Assembly (NCBI GenBank): GCA_038109055.1
Contig: JAYNIM010000001.1
Coordinates: forward strand, 71,045 to 135,044
DNA from: a bacterium
Lineage (GTDB): Bacteria > Margulisbacteria > Marinamargulisbacteria > GCA-2716485 > JAYNIM01
Length of the DNA: 64,000 nt
Reading direction: 5' to 3'
Shown: piece after piece, positions 19,041 through 28,991 of the stretch
Layout: every line of letters begins with the position of its first letter
How positions within the stretch are numbered: the first letter of the stretch is position 1
Notes under the pieces: generated by a model
What the model was told of the DNA's origin: nothing
What the model saw: the letters and a program-made list of their open reading frames with translations, nothing else
The model's database searches: none
Program-made: the position numbers and the translations under genes

Positions 19041-20766
19041 TCTGAAATAATTCGTTATAGCTGCCTGTTTTGGAGATTTTTCCTTGATCAAGAATGATGA
19101 TTTTGTCTGCATGTTTGAGATTTGTGTGTCTATGTGAAATAGCAATTAAGGTATATTTTTCTTTAATGTTGTGCAGAGCTTCTTGAATTTTTAAATCACT
19201 TTCATTATCTAATTGGGAGGTTGCTTCGTCAAATATCAGGCATTGAGGTTTTTTGAGTATAGCTCTTGCAATTGCGATTCGTTGTTTTTGTCCGCCAGAT
19301 AAACCACTGCCATTTTCTCCGAGGGGGGTATCGAGTTTGTTAGGGAGGGTTTCTATGAATTCCCAAGCATTTGCTATTTTGCAGGCTTCAATTAGCTCCT
19401 TGTTGCTGGCATTTTCTTTTCCGATACATAGATTGTTTTTTATTGTTTCTTTAAATAGAAAAGGATTTTGTGGGACATATCCAAAATATTGTCGCCAGTT
19501 TTGTAGTTTGATGTCCTGGATAGGAATATTTTGACAGGTGATGTTTTGATTTTTTATGTGGTAGAAGCGTAATAGTAGGTATATAAGGGTGCTCTTTCCT
19601 GAGCCACTTTCTCCGATTATTCCTGTAAATTGCTTGTTTTTTATTGTTAATGAAATATTATTTAATGCTTTTTTTGTAGTACTGTCGTATTGAAAGTAAA
19701 GATTCTTTATTTTTATGTCACCTAAGGTTTGTAGATCTTTTTTCCCTGTTATAACGTTTGATTTTGTTTCTAATATATCTTTAATTCGAAGAATACATGG
19801 AATGGTTTCTTGTATGTGTAGCCATTCTGCAATGAAGAGCTTGAGTGGGGCAGCTAAAAAGCCTATCATGGTGAAAAATTGTAATAATTCTTCTTTTGTT
19901 AATGTTTGGTTTTTTATTTGACTATTGCCACTGTATAAAATAAATAAAATAAATGGAAATATAATAAGTTCTTGAATAGGGGTACTGCTTATTTTTATTT
20001 TTATTCGTTTAAGTTCGGTTATGATGTAATCTTGATTAATTTTTTTAAAATTATTTATCATTTTATTTTCATAATTAAAGCCTTTGATTACTTGGATACC
20101 AAGTAACATTTCTTGTAACGTATGAAGCATTTTTGAATACATGCTTCGGATCATAGAAGCTTTTTTCTTAATGTATTGGCTGAGTATATAAATGATGATT
20201 CCAACGATGAGACTGCCAGAGAAACAGATTAAGGTTAACTTATAATTTATAATGCATAAGCTTGTGATTAAGCTTATGATGACGAATGCGTTTAATATAA
20301 ATTGTCTTCCGATGGTTTCAATTAAATTATTAAATAATTGAATGTCATCCATGAGAACGGCTAAGATTTTTCCAGAGTTTTTTTTGTCAAAATAATGAAA
20401 GTCTAATTGTATAATATGTTTGAATAATGTGATTCTGTACTTATATATTAGTTTTGTTCGGAACCATTGTAATAAATATTGGTATCCGAAGAAGCTTATA
20501 TTTTTAATGAGTAGTATGGCGATTAAAAATATGGCTAAATTTAATAGAGTAGAGGTATTTATATGTAAAAAATTGTTTATGGTTTCTTGAATGTGGTTAG
20601 GAGTTAGTGGGATTGTAGTATTGTTTGTGCTTTGATGAAGGAAAGATCCAAGATAAAGACCTAATAACGCCGTAGATAAGCTATAAATGATCCCTAGTAT
20701 AAATATTAATAGAATATAGCCTTTAAATGCACTTATTTGTTGGATAAGATTTTTTTTAAAGTTCAT
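19027..20766 (-). CDS. msbA: ABC exporter, MsbA-like lipid A flippase
   Basis: TM domain plus NBD (GESGSGKST, LSGGQKQR, FDEATS); lies in the lipid A/Kdo operon. Confidence 0.8.
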   Translation of the reverse strand: MNFKKNLIQQISAFKGYILLIFILGIIYSLSTALLGLYLGSFLHQSTNNTTIPLTPNHIQETINNFLHINTSTLLNLAIFLIAILLIKNISFFGYQYLLQWFRTKLIYKYRITLFKHIIQLDFHYFDKKNSGKILAVLMDDIQLFNNLIETIGRQFILNAFVIISLITSLCIINYKLTLICFSGSLIVGIIIYILSQYIKKKASMIRSMYSKMLHTLQEMLLGIQVIKGFNYENKMINNFKKINQDYIITELKRIKIKISSTPIQELIIFPFILFILYSGNSQIKNQTLTKEELLQFFTMIGFLAAPLKLFIAEWLHIQETIPCILRIKDILETKSNVITGKKDLQTLGDIKIKNLYFQYDSTTKKALNNISLTIKNKQFTGIIGESGSGKSTLIYLLLRFYHIKNQNITCQNIPIQDIKLQNWRQYFGYVPQNPFLFKETIKNNLCIGKENASNKELIEACKIANAWEFIETLPNKLDTPLGENGSGLSGGQKQRIAIARAILKKPQCLIFDEATSQLDNESDLKIQEALHNIKEKYTLIAISHRHTNLKHADKIIILDQGKISKTGSYNELFQNETT

Positions 20767-21592
20767 CTAAATTTTTACAATAGTTGTGTATCTTTGTGAG
20801 TGTTTTGATGGTTGTTTCGCATTTTTTTAATGTTAACATGGTTGCTGCATCACTTTTAGCTTTTGTTGGATTTGGGTGTATTTCAAGAAAAAAACCTGAA
20901 ACACCTATGCTTGCAGCTGCTTTTGCTAGATCTAATGACAGGTGAGGGTCTCCTAAACTGTGGCCTTGACCTTTTCCAGGTTTTTGGACGGCATGTGTGA
21001 TGTCGTAAACAACCGGACAAAATGATTTCATGGTAGAAAGGGCTCTAAAGTCTACAACTAGATTTTGATAGCCGAAACATGTACCACGTTCTGTGAGAAA
21101 TATATTTTTATTGTTTGTGGAGTAAGCCTTTTCTAGTACATATTGCATGTCTTCTGCAGCCATAAATTGTCCTTTTTTGATGTTGACGGCTAAGTTACTT
21201 TGAGCAGCGGAGACGATTAAATCTGTTTGTCTGCATAGAAAGGCAGGTATTTGTATAATATCTATAATGTTTTTGATTTCGTTGACCTGCCATGTTTCGT
21301 GGATGTCAGTCATGATGGGAATTTGATACTTTTTTTTGATTTTTTCTAAGATTGATAATGCTTTTGAAAAACCAATACTTCTAAAGCTATTTATTGAGCT
21401 ACGATTTGCTTTATCGAAGGATGCTTTAAACACGATATTTATTTGTTCTTCTTTTTGTAATTTAATTAAGAATTCTGCGATTTCGTCGCAAATACTCTCG
21501 GACTCAATTGCACATGGCCCACTGAAAAAAACCAGTTTATCTGTGCCTAAGGAAAGTTTTTTTGTTAAGGATATTTGTTTTATTTGATTCAT
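20756..21592 (-). CDS. kdsA: Kdo-8-phosphate synthase
   Basis: GPCAIES, FKASFDKANRSS, IQIPAFLCRQTDL, KKGQF and TERG. Confidence 0.96.
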   Translation of the reverse strand: MNQIKQISLTKKLSLGTDKLVFFSGPCAIESESICDEIAEFLIKLQKEEQINIVFKASFDKANRSSINSFRSIGFSKALSILEKIKKKYQIPIMTDIHETWQVNEIKNIIDIIQIPAFLCRQTDLIVSAAQSNLAVNIKKGQFMAAEDMQYVLEKAYSTNNKNIFLTERGTCFGYQNLVVDFRALSTMKSFCPVVYDITHAVQKPGKGQGHSLGDPHLSLDLAKAAASIGVSGFFLEIHPNPTKAKSDAATMLTLKKCETTIKTLTKIHNYCKNLDEL

Positions 21593-21596
21593 TTTC

Positions 21597-22568
21597 TTAG
21601 GTGTTTATTTTTCCTATGATATCGTGCAATCTAAGTAAACCGCAAAGTGTATTTTTTTTAGATATTACAGGAAGAATTGATATCTCCGATGTTCTATTTT
21701 GCATTTTTTCTAAGGCTTCTTTAAGGGTTTCATTCTCTGTTGTTGTTAGTGGATTTACGGTCATGATGTCTTTTGCTTGAAGGTTTTCGAATTCTTTTTT
21801 CTTTTTAGCCATACGACGAATATCGCCATCTGTAATGATACCGAGTAATTTTTTATTTTTATCAGTAATGCATACAGCGCCTAAAGGTATTTTTGTTAAA
21901 ATATCTAAGATTTCTTTACTCATACTGTTAGAGGTTAAACAGCATAAAGTATTTAATGGGTGCATGTTGTTTTTTACAGGTTTAAGTAAGTGGCCGAGTG
22001 TTCCAGCAGGATGATTCTTTTGAAAATCTGCTAAGGTTATTTTTTTCATTGACATGAGTGTGATGGCGATAGCGTCTCCCATTGCTAATGTTGCAGTTGT
22101 GCTGCAACTTGGGAGAATGTTTAATGGGTCAGCTTCTTTTTTTACTTTTATTTCTATGTGATGCTGTGCCTTTTGTGCTAAAGGTGAGTTGTTATTATTT
22201 GTTAAGGCGATTGTCGTACAATTTTTGTGTTTAAGATAGATCAGTAAATCTAGGAGTTCTTGCGTTTTTCCGCTATTTGAAAGTAGCAGGCAACAACTTT
22301 TGTTTTCTATGATACCAATATCGCCATGTAAGGCTTCGTTTGGATGTAGGTAAATACTTTTTATACCTATACTTGTCAGAGTAGCGGTGATTTTTTTTGC
22401 AATGAGGCCAGATTTTCCTAAGCCCGAGAGTATGATAGGGTGCTTTGTTTTATTTAATAGTTCACAACAGGTAGTAAATGAGTGATCTAGATTATTGGCT
22501 AGGTCATTTAATACTCTTGCTTCAACTTTTATTACATTTTTTGCTATTTCTAAAAGGGTACTTGTCAT
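21597..22568 (-). CDS. kdsD: Arabinose-5-phosphate isomerase (KpsF/GutQ; SIS plus CBS domains)
   Basis: SGLGKSG, EALHGDIG, EADPLNILPSCSTT, HPAGTLG and GIITDGDIRR. Confidence 0.94.
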   Translation of the reverse strand: MTSTLLEIAKNVIKVEARVLNDLANNLDHSFTTCCELLNKTKHPIILSGLGKSGLIAKKITATLTSIGIKSIYLHPNEALHGDIGIIENKSCCLLLSNSGKTQELLDLLIYLKHKNCTTIALTNNNNSPLAQKAQHHIEIKVKKEADPLNILPSCSTTATLAMGDAIAITLMSMKKITLADFQKNHPAGTLGHLLKPVKNNMHPLNTLCCLTSNSMSKEILDILTKIPLGAVCITDKNKKLLGIITDGDIRRMAKKKKEFENLQAKDIMTVNPLTTTENETLKEALEKMQNRTSEISILPVISKKNTLCGLLRLHDIIGKINT

Positions 22569-22573
22569 GCTAT

Positions 22574-23293
22574 TTAGATAGTTTTTAAATCTTCTGGAGA
22601 GTCTACTGCCTTGATATCCTTTTCATCGACTTCAAAGGTATGTATGGGGATAGTCATATCTAGAAATCTTAATTGTTCTAACTTTTCTATATTTTCTAGT
22701 GAACTATTTTTATGCGTATTATATTTCTGTAAGATGTCTTTTGTATAGGCATATATACCGACATGCCCCCAATGTTGTTTTTTTTGTAGCCATTTTGTTT
22801 GTTCTAAATCTCTGAAGTAAGGGATACATTGTCTGGAAAAGTATAAGGCTTGGTTTTTGCTTGATTTTACTACTTTTACAACATTTTTATTTCTTAATTT
22901 TTCCAGGGTATTTATTTGATAGATAGGTGTTAAAATACGCTGTGTATTTTTTTTCCACTCTTGTGTAAAGCGGTTAATGAAATCTAGATTACTTAGAGCT
23001 TCATCTGCTTGTATGTTTAAGATGTAAGGACTGTTTATTTCTTCTAAGTTGTTTGTAATTCGTTCTGTTCCACAACTACAAGGTTTGTCAGATAGAATGA
23101 TGTTATCTACTTTGTTATGATATTTTTTTTTGATTTCATGGCTATCCGTTATGATGATACATTCTTTTTTAAAGGTGAATTTATTTGTTTGATCTAAAAG
23201 GTAGTCTAATAAAGGTTTATCTTTTATTAATTGTATTATTTTATTGGGGAATCGTTTTGATTTTAAACGAATAGGGATTACGATTGAAATCAT
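22574..23293 (-). CDS. kdsB: CMP-Kdo synthetase
   Basis: IPIRLKSKRFPNK, GTERI, NIQADE, ALYFSRQCIPY, HVGIYAY and LEQLR. Confidence 0.94.
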   Translation of the reverse strand: MISIVIPIRLKSKRFPNKIIQLIKDKPLLDYLLDQTNKFTFKKECIIITDSHEIKKKYHNKVDNIILSDKPCSCGTERITNNLEEINSPYILNIQADEALSNLDFINRFTQEWKKNTQRILTPIYQINTLEKLRNKNVVKVVKSSKNQALYFSRQCIPYFRDLEQTKWLQKKQHWGHVGIYAYTKDILQKYNTHKNSSLENIEKLEQLRFLDMTIPIHTFEVDEKDIKAVDSPEDLKTI

Positions 23294-23477
23294 AAATTTC
23301 AGTGTACTAATTTTATTGTTTATTTGTAAATTGATTTGGATAAAAAATATTGAGAATTAGATCTATGTTTTAATAGAGGGTATTTTTTATTAAACATTTG
23401 ATTTTGCGTTCGTTTTCGTTCTGTGTTATATATGAGAATAAGCTTAATGGCTGAATAAAAAAAATATGGAGGATACA

Positions 23478-23654
23478 ATGGAATTTTATAATGTTAAGTT
23501 GAAAAAGAAAGTAGAGGTTGATGAGGCTGATGTGGAAATAATTACCATGAAAAATGGTAGACCAGCTGCAAAAGCAGAGGTCACTATTGAAGGTGAAACT
23601 CATAAAATGTTTAAGATCCTCTCAAAAGAAGAAGCTGCTAAAGTTTCAGGTTAA
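23478..23654 (+). CDS. Small (58 aa) Lys/Glu-rich protein, DUF5679/CC1-like
   Basis: GGAGG RBS at 23468-23472. Sequence FYNVKLKKKVEV...TMKNGRPAAKA...KMFKIL; the TMKNGRPA motif is recalled from DUF5679. Confidence 0.7.
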   Translation: MEFYNVKLKKKVEVDEADVEIITMKNGRPAAKAEVTIEGETHKMFKILSKEEAAKVSG

Positions 23655-23945
23655 TTTTTAGAGTTTGTTTAGGGGGGGGGCAGTTATATCATCATAATGG
23701 ATTTATTTAGGCATATAAATTAAGAAGTAATTATTTCCTTTTAATTTTTGACTCAATTTTATGTTGTTATTGTTAATGTTTGATGCAAGGCAGTAGATGA
23801 ATTTTGTATTTAAGAAAGTGCTTGAATTAGTGATATATCTTTTTTAGAGTTCTGGCTGTTTAGCTGTTGTTGGATTCTATATTGTTAGTGATAACAGCTT
23901 CGCTGTATGTGGTTTTTTTGAAACTGATTGGGATTAATTTTATTT

Positions 23946-26339
23946 CTATTGGTTAATGATCCCTGCTTGTTTTCCGCTAATAATTAAGTTGAATATTATT
24001 TGGGTTACATTTGTGACTATTTTTAGTATATTAGGGGGTGTTTTTATACGTTCTTCTATGTAAATAGAGTCACCTTGTTCAATCACTCTTGGATTTATGA
24101 TAATTTTTCCGTTAGCTTTAAAGACTAAGATTTTTCGTTTTAATGCAAAATAAGTGGTGTTTCCTGCTAATTTTATGTAGTATTTTGTAGGTTTATTTTT
24201 TGTGTATAGGTAGTGCCCGGGTTTGTTTACACCACCTGCGATTTGTATAGTTTTTGGATGTTTAGGGATGAAGATGATGTCTCCATTATTTAGTTTGATA
24301 TTAGATTCGGACGTTTTCAATTCTTTGAGTGTTTTAGGTGTGTGTAGGGATATTCTGTTTGTTTGTGATATTTTTAAGGATTCTAAATAGGCGATACTTG
24401 CTTGTTGTAACGGTATAAAGCTACTTGGATCCTTTAGTGGAGGCGACATTAAATATAAATGATTTAATTGTTCTTTGATTATTTTGTTATATATATTTGA
24501 CTTTTCTTTTTCAAGTTTTGGTCGATATAGTTCCAATCCGTATAGAAAACTATCTTTTTTTAGTCCGCCTGCTCGTTGTATTAGGCTGTATATTGTTTCA
24601 TTTTGTTTTAGTGCATATTTACCAGGGTTTTGAATTTCCCCATCTAAAGTGACATATTTTGCTGTAGTGTACCCTTTGATTGTAGAAATGAATATAGCGT
24701 CGTTATTTTTTAATATAAAAGGCTTTTGTTCTTTGAGGTTGATTGTGTAAAGTCTTGTTTCTCCGTTTGTTTTGGTTCGTAATATTTGTATGTTGCTTGT
24801 ATCTGCATAAGGATGTAGTCTGGTTAGTTTTAGAGCCGTCTTTAGTGAGAGATCTTTGCTTAGATAGAATGAGCCTTCTTTTTTGATGGCGCCGTTAAGG
24901 GTTATTTTTACGTTCTCTCTTGATTCTTCTATGTTAGGGACCCGAATTATGTCCCATTCTTGTAATGTTATATTTTCTTCAGATATGTTTGTAACAATGG
25001 TGTAGTAATTACCTTTTTTATCTCGTCTTAAAATTTCTATACTTTCTTTTTCTGCGTTTTGATTAAAGCCTTTACATTGTTTGATTAACTCTTTTAGGGT
25101 GAAGTTTGGTTGCAAGGGGTATATTCCAGGACTATGTATTTCTCCTAGTACTTTTACTGCGTTTGTTAAAGTATTAGTTTTTTTATGAACGATTACTCTG
25201 TCACCTGGGTGAATTTTTATGTTTTTGAGCACTTGATTGCTTTTGTTTTTTATATTTATGGCAATTGCTTGATTTTCTTCTTCTCGTAGAATGCTAAAAT
25301 TTTGTGTATTTGCGTCTATTGTTGTCCCTGCACCGTATTTATATACCATGTCGTAAAGGCTTGTTTTATCATCTATTTCATAGATAGCTTCTCTGTTGAT
25401 GGCTCCTTTTATTGAAGCTAATTTTTTAATGGGGGGGATATAGATGATATCGTTTTCTTTTAATGTTATATTATTTTTTATTTCTCCGTTAATTAAAAAA
25501 TCGTATAAATCAATGACTCTGTTTTTGTTGCTTTTACGTTTAATTTGAATGTTTCGTAATGAGCCAACTTTTTTAGGGCCGTTTGCGTTGTAAAGTGTGT
25601 TTATTATGGAGGATTTGTCTTTTATTTCGTATGCACCAGGGTTATGAACCTCTCCTAATATAAATATAGTTATTGTTTTGTGTCCAACTAGGTTGATTGT
25701 TAGGTTTGTATTATTATATTTTTTATTTAATTTTTCTTTGATTATCCATTTTGCTGCTTTTATTGTTTTTTTTTGTAGTTTAATAGCGCCTAATTGTGAA
25801 ATATATATGGTATTGTGTGTATCTAAGGTGTAGGTTTGTTCTTGGTTAATTCCGCCCCAAAATCTTATTTTTATGCTGTCTCCTGGACCTAGTAGATAGT
25901 TTTCGTTTTCTGAGTTATGGATGTTATTGGGAGTATATTTTTTTAAGTACTCATATCCAAATTGTTTTATAATTGTTGAATTAGTTTCTGTGAGGTTAGA
26001 TTTTGTTTCATTTGTTTCATTCTTTTTTAGAGTTCTTTTTTTTTGGGTATCAATCAATGTTTTTATGTCTTTAGGCGGTAAAGGTAGGTTTAGTTGAGTA
26101 TTAAAGTATTGTTCGTGTTTTGATAGGTCAGTTTTATTTTGGTTTTTGGTGGGTGGGGTGCTTATTTTTTCTTTTACTTTTTTTTCTTTCTTATTTGATT
26201 GCTTACTGTAGAGCTCCTTTAATTTCATTATCTCCTTTAATTGAGAGGATGAAAATTCTTGGCTAATAGTGATTGTTTGGATGCTTAAAATTAGTAATAG
26301 TGATAGGCTGAGTTGTTTTATTTTTGATATTTTTTTCAT
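23946..26339 (-). CDS. Polysaccharide export protein with Poly_export and multiple SLBB domains (Wza/KpsD-like)
   Basis: Signal peptide, FGY...YLLGPGDSIKIRFWG, repeated GEV/I.xPG.Y units and DLYDFLING. Confidence 0.88.
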   Translation of the reverse strand: MKKISKIKQLSLSLLLILSIQTITISQEFSSSQLKEIMKLKELYSKQSNKKEKKVKEKISTPPTKNQNKTDLSKHEQYFNTQLNLPLPPKDIKTLIDTQKKRTLKKNETNETKSNLTETNSTIIKQFGYEYLKKYTPNNIHNSENENYLLGPGDSIKIRFWGGINQEQTYTLDTHNTIYISQLGAIKLQKKTIKAAKWIIKEKLNKKYNNTNLTINLVGHKTITIFILGEVHNPGAYEIKDKSSIINTLYNANGPKKVGSLRNIQIKRKSNKNRVIDLYDFLINGEIKNNITLKENDIIYIPPIKKLASIKGAINREAIYEIDDKTSLYDMVYKYGAGTTIDANTQNFSILREEENQAIAINIKNKSNQVLKNIKIHPGDRVIVHKKTNTLTNAVKVLGEIHSPGIYPLQPNFTLKELIKQCKGFNQNAEKESIEILRRDKKGNYYTIVTNISEENITLQEWDIIRVPNIEESRENVKITLNGAIKKEGSFYLSKDLSLKTALKLTRLHPYADTSNIQILRTKTNGETRLYTINLKEQKPFILKNNDAIFISTIKGYTTAKYVTLDGEIQNPGKYALKQNETIYSLIQRAGGLKKDSFLYGLELYRPKLEKEKSNIYNKIIKEQLNHLYLMSPPLKDPSSFIPLQQASIAYLESLKISQTNRISLHTPKTLKELKTSESNIKLNNGDIIFIPKHPKTIQIAGGVNKPGHYLYTKNKPTKYYIKLAGNTTYFALKRKILVFKANGKIIINPRVIEQGDSIYIEERIKTPPNILKIVTNVTQIIFNLIISGKQAGIINQ

Positions 26340-26452
26340 TTTTAGAATATGTTAGTATGTAAGAGAATAATTTTCAATTTAAATTTTTTGTTTTTATAAA
26401 CCTTGATTTTTTTTCTTGAAGTTAGTAACATTATTATTGTCCCGTTTGGGAT

Positions 26453-26489
26453 AAAGCTCTCGGAGATCCCCCCCCTATTCGAGAGCTTT
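26453..26489 (-). terminator. Hairpin directly after the secretin gene stop
   Basis: AAAGCTCTCG (26453-26462) pairs with CGAGAGCTTT (26480-26489), a 10-bp stem with a large loop. Confidence 0.6.
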
Positions 26490-27463
26490 TATAAAATCTC
26501 TGCTCTAACGAATATAAATATGGCAGAGTATGATATTTCTTCGTTGCTATAGTTAAAAATTTTTTTAAGTAATTTATTTTTTTTGAATTTTAAAATTCCC
26601 CCTGTATTTTTTTTCTTTTTGTTTTCAATTAATTTTGAAATTAATTTTGTCTCATTGTTTTGCAGAGTGAAATTATTTTTAAATTCTCTTTTGGATAGTA
26701 CGGGGTAGTTGTTTTCGCCTAATATTTTCCATAGTTTTACGTTGCTAATTTGGATGTTTTGTTTTATGTCAATTTCGGTTTCGTTTTTTATTTCGGCATA
26801 AATACTTATGTTTAGTCCATTTTCTATCTGTTTTATTTCTTGCCAGATGACGTCATTTTTTATGATGTTGTTTTGATAGGGAGTACTTTCACCGAACTTG
26901 ATAGTATTTGTCTCACCTATTTTGCTAATAAAAGTAGGATTGGCGATCATTTTTGCTTCTCCTTCTTCTATTAAATTTTTTAGTTTTATATTAAATTCTG
27001 TTTTTATTTTTTCGTTTAAGGTGTTGGGATTGATGTAGAGGCCATTATTGAGTCGTGAAAGAGGGCCTTCGTTTTTTTTGTTGTTTTGAAAGGACGCTTC
27101 AATTATTTCTATGCTTATTTCTATAAATTTATCTTTTAGATCGATCGTTTTTATGAAACTTTCCAGGATATCTTTTTTTGTGTCGTTGTAGGTGATAAAT
27201 AGTTGGTTTTGATTTTTATTTATAATGACGGATACATGGGGAAATTTTTCTAATATTAAACGTTTACATAGTGTTGGATTAATGTATTTGATTTTGTAAA
27301 ATAAGTTTTGCTGGTTGATTTTGTTTTCATCTAATTGAGAGAGTAGGCGTTGTTCTTCTTGATTTTGATAGGTTAGTACTGCAGTATTGGCATTCGTTTT
27401 TATGTTAAGTATCAGGATGCTTAATATAATGAGAAATATTACTGAATGTGTTTTGATGTGCAT
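26489..27463 (-). CDS. Short secretin (PilQ/GspD-family) protein
   Basis: N3-like segment (IKYINP...NQLFI...FIKTID) followed by the secretin core (AKMIANPTFISKIGETNTIKFGESTPY, PVLSKR, IFIFVRAEIL). Confidence 0.75.
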   Translation of the reverse strand: MHIKTHSVIFLIILSILILNIKTNANTAVLTYQNQEEQRLLSQLDENKINQQNLFYKIKYINPTLCKRLILEKFPHVSVIINKNQNQLFITYNDTKKDILESFIKTIDLKDKFIEISIEIIEASFQNNKKNEGPLSRLNNGLYINPNTLNEKIKTEFNIKLKNLIEEGEAKMIANPTFISKIGETNTIKFGESTPYQNNIIKNDVIWQEIKQIENGLNISIYAEIKNETEIDIKQNIQISNVKLWKILGENNYPVLSKREFKNNFTLQNNETKLISKLIENKKKKNTGGILKFKKNKLLKKIFNYSNEEISYSAIFIFVRAEIL

Positions 27464-27465
27464 GT

Positions 27466-27813
27466 TTATCTTTTAAATATAAGGGTTATATTGGGGTTAT
27501 TTTTTTTAGAACTTATTTTTTCTATCTCATTCATGGATAGCCACTTTATAAGAAGCGATTTGTTTTTTTTGAGTTGATTTTTGTTTAATGTTATGACTAT
27601 TCTTTTTTTTGTTTTATGTATTGATTCGGGGCTAATGATCTTTTTTAGATCTGACAGCATATTTTTTTTTATGATTGATTGGAGTTGTTGTTGATGGCTC
27701 GTATGTGTTTTTATTATGGTTTGTAATTTTTTTTTTGCTGTTTGCCAATCCTGAAAATGGCTTGCACATAGTAAGAATACGATGGGGAGAGATATGTATT
27801 GATTAATTTTCAT
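27466..27813 (-). CDS. Hypothetical protein with N-terminal hydrophobic segment
   Basis: 115-aa ORF tightly coupled between the secretin and the upstream ORF. Confidence 0.55.
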   Translation of the reverse strand: MKINQYISLPIVFLLCASHFQDWQTAKKKLQTIIKTHTSHQQQLQSIIKKNMLSDLKKIISPESIHKTKKRIVITLNKNQLKKNKSLLIKWLSMNEIEKISSKKNNPNITLIFKR

Positions 27814-28561
27814 CTTTTGTAAGTTTAAATTGACTTTTTATTGTGATGGTTTGTTCTTTTTTTTTTGTTTCTAAATTTATTAATGAGATCTTTTCGTTTT
27901 GTAATAGTTGTTTTATGGAATTTTTAAACTTTTTTATTCTTTTTAGGGGTATTGTTGAGGTAATTTCGGCGTTATTTTTGTGGTGATTTAGAGTTTCAAT
28001 GGGTGTTGTATATTCGCTTAGTAATGTGATGAAGGCCTTGTTTTTTTGTTTTTGTTTGTTTGTATAGGTTTTATATTTTTCTTGTATTTGTAGGGTGTTT
28101 ATACTGTGATTACTGAGTGTATGTATGTGGAGATGGATTGTTTTATTTGAAATTGATAGTAATAAGAGGGTTATTATAGCGATATAATTATAGGGAGAAG
28201 GAAGTGGATGAAGGCTTTTGTCTAGGACTTTTTTTAGGGTAGTTTTGTTTTGTTTGGTGAGTATTTTGATTGTGTGTTCGTTAAATATTTCTTTTAGTTT
28301 GGCTTGAATTTTTTGTGTGTTTTGGCTGTGTTTTAGCTTGTTGTTGATTAAGTTTTGATTGATATATATGAGTAGTATGTTATTTGTGTTGATTTTTGAG
28401 CAAAGTTTATGTTGTTGTTTTGGGTTATTAATAAAACAAAAAAAGGATAGGTTTGTTTTTTTGTTATTTACCGTGTGATAATCCTTATTGAAATGTATAG
28501 TTTGATGCATAGCTAAATATTTTATTTTGTATATTTTATTGTAACTTTTATTATTTATCAA
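27803..28561 (-). CDS. Hypothetical single-TM protein (PilN/GspL-like topology); start possibly 28510
   Basis: One central TM ([12 protein letters not shown]) followed by a helical region and a beta-rich end; in the secretin operon. Confidence 0.5.
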   Translation of the reverse strand: MINNKSYNKIYKIKYLAMHQTIHFNKDYHTVNNKKTNLSFFCFINNPKQQHKLCSKINTNNILLIYINQNLINNKLKHSQNTQKIQAKLKEIFNEHTIKILTKQNKTTLKKVLDKSLHPLPSPYNYIAIITLLLLSISNKTIHLHIHTLSNHSINTLQIQEKYKTYTNKQKQKNKAFITLLSEYTTPIETLNHHKNNAEITSTIPLKRIKKFKNSIKQLLQNEKISLINLETKKKEQTITIKSQFKLTKDEN

Positions 28562-28574
28562 TAAGGAGTGTTGG

Positions 28575-28991
28575 GTGAAATCATATAGAAAGGTGTTGTG
28601 TTTACATATTGATAAACGAAGAGAGTTTGTTAATATTACGGGGCAGGTTCAAGAGGCTTTATTAGATAGTGGGGTTAAAGAGGGGTTGCTTCTCTGTAAT
28701 GCGATGCATATTTCGGCCTCTGTATTTATTAATGATGATGAATCAGGCTTGCATGCGGATTTTGAGAAATGGCTGGAGGGCTTAGCTCCAGAAAAACCTT
28801 ATGAACAGTATGCTCATAATGGTTATGAAGATAATGCAGATGCACATCTTAAGCGAACCATTATGGGGCGTGAGGTGGTTGTTGCTGTGACGGATGGACA
28901 ATTAGATTTTGGGCCTTGGGAACAAATTTTTTATGGCGAATTTGATGGTAAGCGTGATAAACGTATTTTAATCAAGATTATTGGTGAATAA
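28575..28991 (+). CDS. yjbQ: YjbQ/UPF0047 family protein
   Basis: [25 protein letters not shown] and [22 protein letters not shown] before the GTG start. Confidence 0.93.
   Translation: MKSYRKVLCLHIDKRREFVNITGQVQEALLDSGVKEGLLLCNAMHISASVFINDDESGLHADFEKWLEGLAPEKPYEQYAHNGYEDNADAHLKRTIMGREVVVAVTDGQLDFGPWEQIFYGEFDGKRDKRILIKIIGE

Noticed and set aside
19041..19145. Longer N-terminus of wzi given by the ORF track
   Set aside because: It lies inside msbA, and ATG 19040 gives a proper signal peptide.
26440..26490. GC-rich structured patch as a tRNA or ncRNA
   Set aside because: It is a single hairpin with no cloverleaf or T-loop motif and sits right at a stop codon, so a terminator is the better explanation.
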